Of a stretch of DNA of 36,873 nucleotides, positions 1 to 8,528 are shown piece after piece. How positions within the stretch are numbered: the stretch's first letter is position 1; every line of letters begins with the position of its first letter. Source of the stretch: Thermovirgaceae bacterium (lineage in GTDB: Bacteria; Synergistota; Synergistia; Synergistales; Thermovirgaceae). The notes below the pieces were generated by a model. It was not told where the DNA came from. It saw nothing but the letters and a program-made list of their open reading frames with translations, and ran no database searches. Both the position numbers and the translations under genes were made by a program. The stretch spans positions 1 through 36,873 of the forward strand of contig JBKHBH010000010.1 in assembly GCA_046542505.1 (NCBI GenBank). Reading direction: 5' to 3'.

Positions 1-176
1 GTGATGATTGCCCTGGGACGCCCGAGGAATGCCGTTACCCTTATGAAAGGCGACCCACTATGGAAGCTTTGGCCATAGACGTCTTTACCGCCGCAAGGCA
101 ATTAGGGTATCCCATTATCGTAAAAAAAGGTCCGGACGAACCGACGGACCGCTACGCCCTGCTTTTGGTGGAATAG
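1..176 (+). CDS. DUF2284-family Cys-rich metal-binding protein, 3' partial (not in ORF track)
   Basis: Frame 3 reads DDCPGTPEECRYPYERRPTMEALAIDVFTAARQLGYPIIVKKGPDEPTDRYALLLVE* (TAG 174-176). This matches the DUF2284 C-terminal pattern CR.P..RP(S/T)MEA..IDV..T....G.P. Confidence 0.75.
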   Translation, partial: DDCPGTPEECRYPYERRPTMEALAIDVFTAARQLGYPIIVKKGPDEPTDRYALLLVE

Positions 177-212
177 CCGGTCTTGCCGCCAAAAGGTTCA
201 ACCAGGTGTTTT

Positions 213-241
213 TTGCAATGCCGGTGTTCCTTTGCTACCGT
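213..241 (+). promoter_or_regulatory. Putative sigma70 promoter for the OCD-family gene
   Basis: TTGCAA (213-218), 17-nt spacer ending in TGc, TACCGT (236-241). Confidence 0.45.
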
Positions 242-342
242 TTGAACGAAGAGGTTTTCATGAGGAAGGCTCAGGCCTGTTTCAATGAAAATCTCCGATG
301 TCGCCTGCAAAGCAAGAAGAAAGAGGAAGGGGGAACGTCTTG

Positions 343-1326
343 ATGAACATCAGGATACTGTCCCTTGCAGAGATCGAGGGGCTGGGAATTTCCGTTGCCG
401 AAATCATGGATGTGGTCGAGAAAGGATTCAGGCTCAAGGGTGAAGGGGAAATCGAACTTCCGGCGAAAATCGGAATTCATCCGAGGAAGGACTGTTTCAT
501 CCACGCAATGCCCTGTTTCGTTGGTGACGATGTTGATGTCTCCGGGATCAAATGGGTTTCGGGCTATCCCATCAACCAGCCGAAAGGTCTTCCCTATATC
601 ACGGGCGTCATGTGCCTGAACGACTCTGAGACGGGGTTTGTCAAGGCTCTTATGGACGCCGGGTGGATCACGGCCTGGAGAACCGGCGCTGCATCCGGAG
701 TGTGCGCCAGGCACATGGCTGATCCAGAATCGGAGACGATAGCTGTCATCGGCCTTGGAGTCCAGGGACGGACCAATACCGTCGCCCTCGCCAAGGCCCT
801 TCCCGGTCTGAAGACAGTGAAGGCTTTCGATGTCCACCTCCAGCAGGTTGAAAAATACGGGGAACTCATTGCGAAAGACCTGCCCGGCCTGGATGTCGTC
901 CCTTGCGACACCGTGAAGGATGCTGTTCACGGAGCTGATGTGGTGGTCACCTGTACGCCCATCGTCGCTGAACCCGAGAGGTTTGTCCGCTCCGAATGGC
1001 TGAAGGATGATTGCCTGGCCATTGCTGTCGATTACGATTCCGCCTTTGACGCCGATGTGATGAAGCAGGCGGAGGTTTTTGTCTGCGATGACAGAAACCA
1101 GTACCTGTGGACCCAAAAGCAGGGCGTCTATTTCCAGAAGGGCTACCCCGGAGAAAAAGACATCCTGGGTGACATGGGAGATCTCTGCGCCGGAATGGTC
1201 AGGTCCCCGAAAAAAGGCCGCAGGGGTGCCGTACTCATGGGGATCGCGAGTCATGATGTCCTGACCGCGGACCTCATTTACAGGAAAGCCGTCGAAGAGA
1301 GAGTGGGCGAAGTAGTGGAAATATAA
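343..1326 (+). CDS. Ornithine cyclodeaminase / mu-crystallin (archaeal-type alanine dehydrogenase) family protein
   Basis: Motifs HAMP, GIKWVS, TAWRTGAASG, Rossmann IGLGVQG and ADVVVTCT. Purine-rich RBS at 323-333 favours ATG 343 (or TTG 340) over 298. Confidence 0.9.
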   Translation: MNIRILSLAEIEGLGISVAEIMDVVEKGFRLKGEGEIELPAKIGIHPRKDCFIHAMPCFVGDDVDVSGIKWVSGYPINQPKGLPYITGVMCLNDSETGFVKALMDAGWITAWRTGAASGVCARHMADPESETIAVIGLGVQGRTNTVALAKALPGLKTVKAFDVHLQQVEKYGELIAKDLPGLDVVPCDTVKDAVHGADVVVTCTPIVAEPERFVRSEWLKDDCLAIAVDYDSAFDADVMKQAEVFVCDDRNQYLWTQKQGVYFQKGYPGEKDILGDMGDLCAGMVRSPKKGRRGAVLMGIASHDVLTADLIYRKAVEERVGEVVEI

Positions 1327-1354
1327 CCGGTGCTCTCGCGCTGATTGTCGAGAT

Positions 1355-1384
1355 TCATATGGGGCCGTTTATGGCCCCATATGA
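1355..1384 (+). terminator. 12-bp perfect hairpin after the OCD gene (possible terminator)
   Basis: TCATATGGGGCC-GTTTAT-GGCCCCATATGA; no clear U-tract. Confidence 0.5.
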
Positions 1385-1430
1385 TCTGCTCGCGGAACAA
1401 GGTGTATATCTATCACGTTACCTGGGTTCG

Positions 1431-1458
1431 TTGACAGAATGGTGGTTCCGACTAAAAT
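1431..1458 (+). promoter_or_regulatory. sigma70 promoter for the gntR-ABC operon
   Basis: TTGACA (1431-1436), N16, TAAAAT (1453-1458). Confidence 0.7.
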
Positions 1459-1459
1459 T

Positions 1460-1477
1460 ATAAATGGATCCATTTAT
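1460..1477. promoter_or_regulatory. Palindromic operator, probable GntR binding site
   Basis: Perfect 18-bp palindrome ATAAATGGATCCATTTAT overlapping the predicted TSS. The TGGATCCA core is the same as in Caulobacter VanR operators. Confidence 0.7.
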
Positions 1478-1497
1478 TCCACCAATAGGCGGGCGCG

Positions 1498-2235
1498 ATG
1501 ATAGAAGCCATCAAATCCGACGAAAAGGCTTTCAGGCAAGTTGTCTCCAAACTGGTATCAAAACACCTGAAGCCGGGAGACAGGGTTTTCGAACCCGGGC
1601 TCTGCGAAGAACTTGGCATGAGCAGGACTCCCGTCCGCCAGGCGCTGGCCAGGCTTATGGAAGCTGGCATCCTCTTCAAGAATCCTCATCAGAAAGGATA
1701 TGTCGTCCCTGAACTTTCCATGGAGGACATGAGACAAATTTTCTCAACCCGCGTCATTATCGAAGGAGAATGTGCCTTTTGCACGGCCGAAGTGATAGGT
1801 GCAGGAGAACTTGCCTTTTTGCGGGAATTGAACGGGCGTGAGGAGCAATGCTTTTTCAACGGCGACAGACATGCCTACGCTGAAATTAATGAAGCCTTCC
1901 ATTTCTATCTGTACAAGATATGCCGAAATCCCTATCTTCAGAAATTCGCCACGCATCTTTATTGGCGCTCACAACTCTACACCTTTCACATGGGGTTTTT
2001 CTACAGTTCTGATTTCATCAAAGAAAGAATCAAAAAACTCAAAGAAAGCGGCCACGTCAGTTACATGGAACACCGGAACGTCATCGATGCCCTTGAAAGC
2101 AGAAAGCCCGCAGCGGCGAGGGATGCCATGAAAACACATATACGCAGGACCTATGAACATTACGCGCAGGCCAAGGCCATCGATCTTTACGGAACTAGGG
2201 AAACAGCCTGTTCAGAACGCGGGGGGGGAAAATAG
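1498..2235 (+). CDS. GntR-family transcriptional regulator (FCD C-terminal domain)
   Basis: HTH LKPGDRVFEPGLCEELGMSRTPVRQALARL; FCD motifs NEAFH and EHRNVIDAL. Confidence 0.93.
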   Translation: MIEAIKSDEKAFRQVVSKLVSKHLKPGDRVFEPGLCEELGMSRTPVRQALARLMEAGILFKNPHQKGYVVPELSMEDMRQIFSTRVIIEGECAFCTAEVIGAGELAFLRELNGREEQCFFNGDRHAYAEINEAFHFYLYKICRNPYLQKFATHLYWRSQLYTFHMGFFYSSDFIKERIKKLKESGHVSYMEHRNVIDALESRKPAAARDAMKTHIRRTYEHYAQAKAIDLYGTRETACSERGGGK

Positions 2236-3155
2236 TGGGCAAATACATCATCAGGAGACTTGTCCTGGCGATACCGGTTCTCATAGGGGTTTCGATCATA
2301 GCCTTCATGATTTTGCACCTGTCGCCGGGGGATCCTGCACAGCTTCTTGCAGGAGAAGATGCCACCCAGGAAGATATCCAGATCCTGAGAGAACGGTTCG
2401 GTCTCGACCAGCCTCTTCCTGTACAGTATTTCCGCTTTATCAAGGGCATGGTCACAGGTGACCTGATGTCGATGAAGTTTAACGAACCAGTCCTCGACAT
2501 TGTCGGGAAACGACTGAAAAACACCCTGCTCCTTTCATTTTTCGCGATAACCATCGCCGTCGTCGTGGGGGTGGTCGCGGGGGTGCTCTCGGCCGTCTAC
2601 AGGTATTCCCTAATTGATTACATATCGTCCGTCGCGGCACTGTTGGGAGTCTCCATGCCGGTTTTCTGGTGGGGGCTGATCCTGATCCTGTTTTTCTCAG
2701 TGACTCTCCGGTGGCTCCCGTCCGGCGGCATGGGCGGATGGAAGACTTTTATCCTCCCGGCGGTCGTTTTGGGTACCGCATCGGCAGGGATCATCGCGAG
2801 AATGACCCGCTCGAGCATGATGGACGTGCTCCGTCAGGACTACATCACCACGGCGAGGTCGAAAGGACTGATGAACCGGATCATCATCCGCCGGCACGCT
2901 CTCAGGAATGCGCTGATTCCCACCGTTACCGTCATAGGCCTCCAGTTCGGATACATGCTTGCAGGGGCGGTTCTGACAGAATCGGTCTTTGCCTGGCCAG
3001 GTGTCGGACGGCTGCTTGTCACGTCCATACTGAGCCGTGATTATCCCGTTGTGCAGACCACACTCGTCATGGTTGCCCTGACCTTTGTCCTGGTAAACCT
3101 GGGTGTGGACATCCTGTACGCCTATCTTGACCCGAGGATCCGATATCATGACTGA
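2235..3155 (+). CDS. Dipeptide/oligopeptide ABC permease (DppB/OppB/GsiC type)
   Basis: GTG start; motifs SPGDPA, GLDQPLPVQY, EAA loop ARMTRSSMMDVLRQDYITTARSKG, LDPRI. Confidence 0.95.
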   Translation: MGKYIIRRLVLAIPVLIGVSIIAFMILHLSPGDPAQLLAGEDATQEDIQILRERFGLDQPLPVQYFRFIKGMVTGDLMSMKFNEPVLDIVGKRLKNTLLLSFFAITIAVVVGVVAGVLSAVYRYSLIDYISSVAALLGVSMPVFWWGLILILFFSVTLRWLPSGGMGGWKTFILPAVVLGTASAGIIARMTRSSMMDVLRQDYITTARSKGLMNRIIIRRHALRNALIPTVTVIGLQFGYMLAGAVLTESVFAWPGVGRLLVTSILSRDYPVVQTTLVMVALTFVLVNLGVDILYAYLDPRIRYHD

Positions 3156-4026
3156 AAAAGACCAGAGGAAACAAAAAAGCCGAAGCAAGACACATGTCGC
3201 CGTCATCTGGCGAAGGCTGAAAAAAAGCCGAATCGCCGTTTTGGGTTTTGTGATCGTCGCCCTCTACCTGGTCATAGCCCTTGCGGGGCCCTATATCACG
3301 CCCCATGACCCCTTTGACCAGAACCTTTCAAAGGCCTTTGCACCGATTTCGTGGAGCAACCCCTTCGGCTGTGACGAATTTGGTCGGGATATCTTCAGCC
3401 GCATCATCTATGGGGCGAGGGTTTCGCTGATCATACAGCTCAATTCCGTATTCATCGCCCTCCTCATCGGGGTGGCCCTCGGAGCCGTCGGAGGCTATTT
3501 CGGCGGAAAGATCGACGAAGTCATCATGAGGTTCATGGATATCATGCTCGCCTTCCCGGGGATGCTTCTGGCCCTTGCGATCGTGGCCATGCTTGGACCG
3601 AGCATGAGAAACCTGATCATCGCCATCGGAATCTATTCAATACCCCAGTTCGCGCGGATAACCAGGGGTTCCGTGCTCTCGGTGAAACAGAATGAATATA
3701 TCACCGCGGCACGGGCCATCGGGGAATCGGACCTTTCGATTATCTTCCGGTACGTCTTACCCAATGCCCTGTCTCCCATCATCGTGCAGACCACGCTGAG
3801 GATGGCCACGGTTCTTTTGACGGCGGCGGGCTTGGGCTTTCTGGGGCTCGGCGTACAGCCTCCGATTCCGGAATGGGGGGCCATGCTCAGCAGCGCAAGG
3901 ATGTACCTGAGAACCGCCCCCTTCGTGGCTGTTGTGCCGGGACTGGCGATCATGATAACCGTCATGGGGTTCAATTTTTTCGGCGACGGGCTGCAGGACG
4001 CCCTGAACCCGAGGCTGAAGGAGTAG
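3148..4026 (+). CDS. Dipeptide/oligopeptide ABC permease (DppC/OppC type)
   Basis: Motifs FGCDEFGRDIFSRIIYGARVSL, EYITAARAIG, LGFLGLGVQPPIPEWG. ATG 3148 overlaps the upstream gene end. Confidence 0.95.
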   Translation: MTEKDQRKQKSRSKTHVAVIWRRLKKSRIAVLGFVIVALYLVIALAGPYITPHDPFDQNLSKAFAPISWSNPFGCDEFGRDIFSRIIYGARVSLIIQLNSVFIALLIGVALGAVGGYFGGKIDEVIMRFMDIMLAFPGMLLALAIVAMLGPSMRNLIIAIGIYSIPQFARITRGSVLSVKQNEYITAARAIGESDLSIIFRYVLPNALSPIIVQTTLRMATVLLTAAGLGFLGLGVQPPIPEWGAMLSSARMYLRTAPFVAVVPGLAIMITVMGFNFFGDGLQDALNPRLKE

Positions 4027-4030
4027 CGCC

Positions 4031-5005
4031 ATGGCAGAAAAGGACATCATTCTGGACGTGAGAGACCTTTCCACCTGGTTTTACACAGAAGAGGGCATTG
4101 TCAAGGCCCTTGATGGCGTGAGCTTTTCCCTGAAAAAAGGGGAGCTTTTGGGAATCGTCGGAGAGACGGGATGCGGAAAGTCCGTCACCGCTTCGAGCAT
4201 TATGAGGCTGATCCCCCAGCCGCCCGGGAAAATCGCGGGCGGACAGGTATGGTTCGAAGACAGGGACCTGGTTCGGCTCAAGGAACAGGAGATGCTCAAA
4301 ATCAGGGGTTCGGAAATCGCCATGATCTTTCAGGATCCCATGAGCTATCTCAATCCGGTTCTCTCAGTGGGGTTTCAGGTCATGGAAGCCGTCATGGCCC
4401 ATGGAGGCACATCGGAAGAACAGGCGAGAGACAGGGGTGTGGAGATGTTCCGGAAGGTCAACCTTCCGGACCCTGAAAAGTCGCTGGGGCGGTACCCGCA
4501 CCAGTTTTCCGGCGGGATGAAACAGAGAGTCATGATCGCCATGGCCCTGGCCAACAATCCGAAGCTCCTCATAGCCGATGAACCGACCACAGCCCTGGAT
4601 GTCTCGATCCAGGCCCAGATATTGTCTCTCATAAAGCAGATGCAGGAGGAGTTCGGCAGCAGCGTCATCATCATCTCCCACGATTTGGGTGTCATCGCGA
4701 CCATGGCCGAGAAGGTGGCTGTCATGTATGCCGGTGGGATCGTCGAATACGGGACTGTGGAGGACATTTTCGACAAGCCCCTTCATCCGTACACGCGGGG
4801 GCTGATCGGGGCGATTCCGCGTCTGGACAGGGACCAGGAGTACCTTGAAATTATTCCGGGCAATCTTCCGAACCTGCTGGACCTGCCTGACGGGTGCAAG
4901 TTCCGTGAACGCTGTCCCATAGCCAGGGATATCTGTGCCGAGGTCCGGCCTCCCGTAATCGAGGTTGAAGAGGGACACGAGGTGGCTTGCCATGCCTATT
5001 CTTGA
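4031..5005 (+). CDS. Peptide ABC ATP-binding protein (DppD/OppD type)
   Basis: Walker A GETGCGKS, FSGGMKQR, ADEPTTALD, C-terminal Cys cluster. Confidence 0.95.
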   Translation: MAEKDIILDVRDLSTWFYTEEGIVKALDGVSFSLKKGELLGIVGETGCGKSVTASSIMRLIPQPPGKIAGGQVWFEDRDLVRLKEQEMLKIRGSEIAMIFQDPMSYLNPVLSVGFQVMEAVMAHGGTSEEQARDRGVEMFRKVNLPDPEKSLGRYPHQFSGGMKQRVMIAMALANNPKLLIADEPTTALDVSIQAQILSLIKQMQEEFGSSVIIISHDLGVIATMAEKVAVMYAGGIVEYGTVEDIFDKPLHPYTRGLIGAIPRLDRDQEYLEIIPGNLPNLLDLPDGCKFRERCPIARDICAEVRPPVIEVEEGHEVACHAYS

Positions 5006-5957
5006 AGCGCAAAACCTGACAAAGCATTTCCCCGTGGACAAGGGGATCATCTTTCCGAAAATCGTCGGGCACGTCCGGGCCGTCGACGGGATTTCCTTTT
5101 CCGTGGAAGAGGGACAGACTTTGGGTATCGTCGGGGAATCGGGAAGCGGAAAGACCACCCTGGGACTTTTGGTCATGAGGCTTTTGCAGCTGACAGCGGG
5201 CGACATTCTTTTCAGGGGCGAAAGCATCACCGACCTGGAGGGGGCGAAGAAGAGGCTTTTCCGCCGAAAGGCCCAGATCGTTTTCCAGGACCCCTTTTCT
5301 TCGCTGAATCCGAGGATGATCATCAGGGATATTATCGGCCGCGCCCTCAGGGTACAGGGGGTTCACGACAAGGAGGAGATTTCCGAGCGGGTGGGGAAAG
5401 TCCTCAGGGAAGTGGGTCTGCGGGAAGAACACCTGAACCGGTATCCTCACGAATTCTCTGGAGGGCAGAGGCAGAGGATCGCCGTAGCCAGGGCGCTGGT
5501 GACCAATCCCGACTTCATACTTCTTGACGAGCCCACTTCCGCCCTTGACGTTTCCGTCCAGGCACAGATTCTGAACATGCTGAAAAAACTCCAGAAAGAG
5601 AAAAACCTTACGTATTTGTTCATCACCCATGATCTCAGTGTCGTCAAGCACATGAGTCACAAGGTGCTCGTCGTCTACCTCGGGAGGGCTATGGAATACG
5701 CTAATAAGGCCGAGATTTTTTCGGAACCTCTCCATCCCTATACCCGGGCGTTGCTTAAAAGCATCCCCAAGCCTGCTGTGACGAGGGAGAATATCGCAGA
5801 GAAAGTCATACAGGGTGACATACCGAGCCCCATGAACATGCCATCAGGGTGCCGTTTCCACACGAGGTGCCCGCTGGCTGACGAAAAATGCAGGCAGAAA
5901 GAACCTTCCTGGCGAGAGGTTCGCAGGGGCCATTACGTGGCGTGTCACAAGGTTTGA
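4992..5957 (+). CDS. Peptide ABC ATP-binding protein (DppF/OppF type)
   Basis: GESGSGKT, FSGGQRQR, LDEPTSALD, GCRFHTRCP...VACH. Likely start is ATG 4992 (MPILEA). Confidence 0.95.
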   Translation: MPILEAQNLTKHFPVDKGIIFPKIVGHVRAVDGISFSVEEGQTLGIVGESGSGKTTLGLLVMRLLQLTAGDILFRGESITDLEGAKKRLFRRKAQIVFQDPFSSLNPRMIIRDIIGRALRVQGVHDKEEISERVGKVLREVGLREEHLNRYPHEFSGGQRQRIAVARALVTNPDFILLDEPTSALDVSVQAQILNMLKKLQKEKNLTYLFITHDLSVVKHMSHKVLVVYLGRAMEYANKAEIFSEPLHPYTRALLKSIPKPAVTRENIAEKVIQGDIPSPMNMPSGCRFHTRCPLADEKCRQKEPSWREVRRGHYVACHKV

Positions 5958-5985
5958 AGCCTGGTGCAAGTGACTGGAGGGTGCC

Positions 5986-7278
5986 ATGAGAACTCGTATT
6001 GTCAACGGTTATCTGATTGACCCGGCCACCGGCAGGGAAGGCCCCATGGATCTCGTCATGGAAAAGGGAGTCATAGATGGCGTAGGAGAAACACACGGCC
6101 GGGGGGTTCCGGAAAAAGTGATCGATGCGAGCGGCTGTTTTGTCGTGCCAGGTTTCGTCGATCTCCAGGTAAACCCCGGCAAGGGTGTCGGTCACATCGC
6201 CGGTCTTTTGCCTCTCAGGGGAATAACTACGGGTGTCTTTATGCCGTGTACGCTGACTTCCGGGGAGCCTGTCATGGAAGCCTGTGGAGGTCCGGAAGGT
6301 TTTGTCGCCGCCTGTGGAGGCCAGGCCTGCAACATTATGCCTTCCCTTCCGGTGGTCCCTGAGGATGCTGTAGGACATGATGCCTACGAGAAGCTCAGGA
6401 TACCTGCCGATGGTGTTAAAGAAGCCCTTTCGAAAGCCATCAAACAAGGATTTGGGGCCATAGGCGAGGCAATCCTGCCCCTAGGCGGGCCTGCGCACGT
6501 CAGAAGCAAAATATGCGAGGAATTTCTGGATCTTCTCTTGGACGCCACCAATGAAACGGGTATACCACTTCAGGTCCATACCGGTCTCGGTATCGAAGGG
6601 ATAAGGAAGGCTCTGGAGGTATCCCGAGGCAGGAGAATGCATCTCTGTCATGTGGGAAGCACCTGTGCCGGTGATGACATCCACGAAGCCATAAAGCTTT
6701 TCGCGGATTATCCCGCCGTTACATCTGACACGCACCTTTCAGAAGTCGCCGGAACGACCTCCAGAAGCAGCGATCTGGTCCGGAGGTACTTCGATCAGGG
6801 TCGTGTGGTCAAAGTTGATGCGGCAAGCCTTGATGCCGTACCGGTAACGGATCTGGAAAACACCGAACCACCCCTTTATTACGGGAAAGACAATCTTTTT
6901 ACGAACAATCTTACATGTGCCGTCTCGTCGGGCATTGACGCAATTGAATCCGACGAACTGGGAGACGGTATCCGTTCAAACCTGATGCTTAAAAACGCAC
7001 TGAGGCTGGTCAACACGGTCATCCTGGAGGATCAGAAAATGGATTTGCTGAAAAAACTTGTTGGCAAGATGACCGTGAACCCGGCGAGGATCCTCAAGAT
7101 TTCCAGAGGCAGCCTCGAGGAGGGTGCCGCTGCCGATGTTGCCGTCATAGATCTCGATAACGAGGACATCCTGCATGTGTGGGTGAATGGCTGCCAGGTG
7201 GTTTCCGAAGGGTGCCTGACCGGGGAGCTGCCAGGTGTGGCTCTTGATTTCGCAGAAATCCGGGGAGTGAGATCATAA
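5986..7278 (+). CDS. Amidohydrolase-superfamily protein, substrate unknown
   Basis: IDASGCFVVPGFVDLQVN, LQVHTG, HLCHVG, TVNPARILKISRGSLEEGAAADVAVID; RBS GGAGG. Confidence 0.8.
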   Translation: MRTRIVNGYLIDPATGREGPMDLVMEKGVIDGVGETHGRGVPEKVIDASGCFVVPGFVDLQVNPGKGVGHIAGLLPLRGITTGVFMPCTLTSGEPVMEACGGPEGFVAACGGQACNIMPSLPVVPEDAVGHDAYEKLRIPADGVKEALSKAIKQGFGAIGEAILPLGGPAHVRSKICEEFLDLLLDATNETGIPLQVHTGLGIEGIRKALEVSRGRRMHLCHVGSTCAGDDIHEAIKLFADYPAVTSDTHLSEVAGTTSRSSDLVRRYFDQGRVVKVDAASLDAVPVTDLENTEPPLYYGKDNLFTNNLTCAVSSGIDAIESDELGDGIRSNLMLKNALRLVNTVILEDQKMDLLKKLVGKMTVNPARILKISRGSLEEGAAADVAVIDLDNEDILHVWVNGCQVVSEGCLTGELPGVALDFAEIRGVRS

Positions 7279-8447
7279 TGCAGGTTCTTTTGATCCGCGG
7301 AGGACACGTATATGCGCCGGATGACCTCGGAATCCTGGATATTCTGGCAGTGGAAGGCACAATAGCGGCAATGGCGCCCGAGATCGACAGGAAGGCTGCC
7401 CAAAGCATCTTTGGCGAGGTCGAACAGCTCGATGCCTCCGGAACCTTAGTGATACCCGGTTTTGTAGACCAGCATGTTCACATGAACGGAGGCGGCGGAG
7501 AAGGAGGGCCGGCCAACAGGACACCGGAAACAGAAATAGACGAGTACGCTACGGGAGGTGTCACATCGGCCATTGGTCTCCTGGGGACCGATTCAGTCGG
7601 CCGTTCCCTTGAAAGCCTTCTGATGAAGGCCAGATCTCTCGAGTCAGGAGGCATCAGCACCTGGATTCTTAGCGGTTCCTACGAGTGGCCCTCCGTGACG
7701 ATTACGGAGAGTGTCAAACGTGACCTGGCCGTAGTCGACAAGGTGATCGGTGTCAAGATAGCTCTTTCCGACCACCGGTCGAGTCATCCTGATGTCCAGT
7801 CTCTTCGCGCACTTCTCTCGGAAGTCAGGCTGGGGGGGATAACCTCCGGCAAGGCAGGCATTGTAGCGGTCCATGTGGGGGATGAAAAGAGCGGCCTGAC
7901 GCCGCTTTTGAAAGCTGTCGATGAGACGGGTATCCCGATTACACAGTTTGCGCCGACACACCTGGGCAGAAACGGGCATCTGCTCTCGGAAGCGGTGGAA
8001 TTTGCCCGAAAAGGCGGTTATGTGGATTTTACATGCCGTGACGGGGATACGGCGGAGATTATAGGACACGTGCTGAAACAGGGGGTTGCCGTAAACCGGG
8101 TTACCGTCAGCAGTGATGGGCATGGCTCGCGGCCCGTTTTCGATGAACATGGAGAGCTCCAGGGAATCTCCATGCATGATCTCTCTGGAATTCACAGGCT
8201 TTTCCGTGATCTGCTCGGGCTTTCGGTAACATCCCTTCCCGATGCGGTCAGGATATGCTCCACCAACACTTCGACACACTATCGTCTGCATGGAAAAGGG
8301 ACGTTGCAGAAGGGATGCTGCGCGGACATGGTCATTTTGGAGAAAGAAGGATATGAGATACGTGACGTTATCTCCCGGGGGGAAATTCTCGTGAGATACT
8401 CGAAAGTGCTGAGACACCCCCGGTTCCAACGAGAGAAATCCAGGTGA
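7278..8447 (+). CDS. iadA: Isoaspartyl dipeptidase (beta-aspartyl peptidase)
   Basis: Signature PGFVDQHVHMNGGGGEGG, GLLGTD, GVKIALSDHRSS, PTHLGRN, SSDGHGS. Confidence 0.93.
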   Translation: MQVLLIRGGHVYAPDDLGILDILAVEGTIAAMAPEIDRKAAQSIFGEVEQLDASGTLVIPGFVDQHVHMNGGGGEGGPANRTPETEIDEYATGGVTSAIGLLGTDSVGRSLESLLMKARSLESGGISTWILSGSYEWPSVTITESVKRDLAVVDKVIGVKIALSDHRSSHPDVQSLRALLSEVRLGGITSGKAGIVAVHVGDEKSGLTPLLKAVDETGIPITQFAPTHLGRNGHLLSEAVEFARKGGYVDFTCRDGDTAEIIGHVLKQGVAVNRVTVSSDGHGSRPVFDEHGELQGISMHDLSGIHRLFRDLLGLSVTSLPDAVRICSTNTSTHYRLHGKGTLQKGCCADMVILEKEGYEIRDVISRGEILVRYSKVLRHPRFQREKSR

Positions 8448-8528
8448 AGAAGGGGGGATCAACCTGGCACAATAACAGAAGGGAAAGAGGAGAAAGCAGC
8501 CAATACAGAGAGAACGGAGGGATCAGGC

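Noticed and set aside
271..1254. Long antisense or alternative-frame ORFs (e.g. 271-1254, 4364-5323, 4851-5735, 7644-8462, 9060-9914, 19867-20823, 24358-25323)
   Set aside because: They are shadows of well-supported genes on the opposite strand in GC-rich DNA, with no recognisable motifs.
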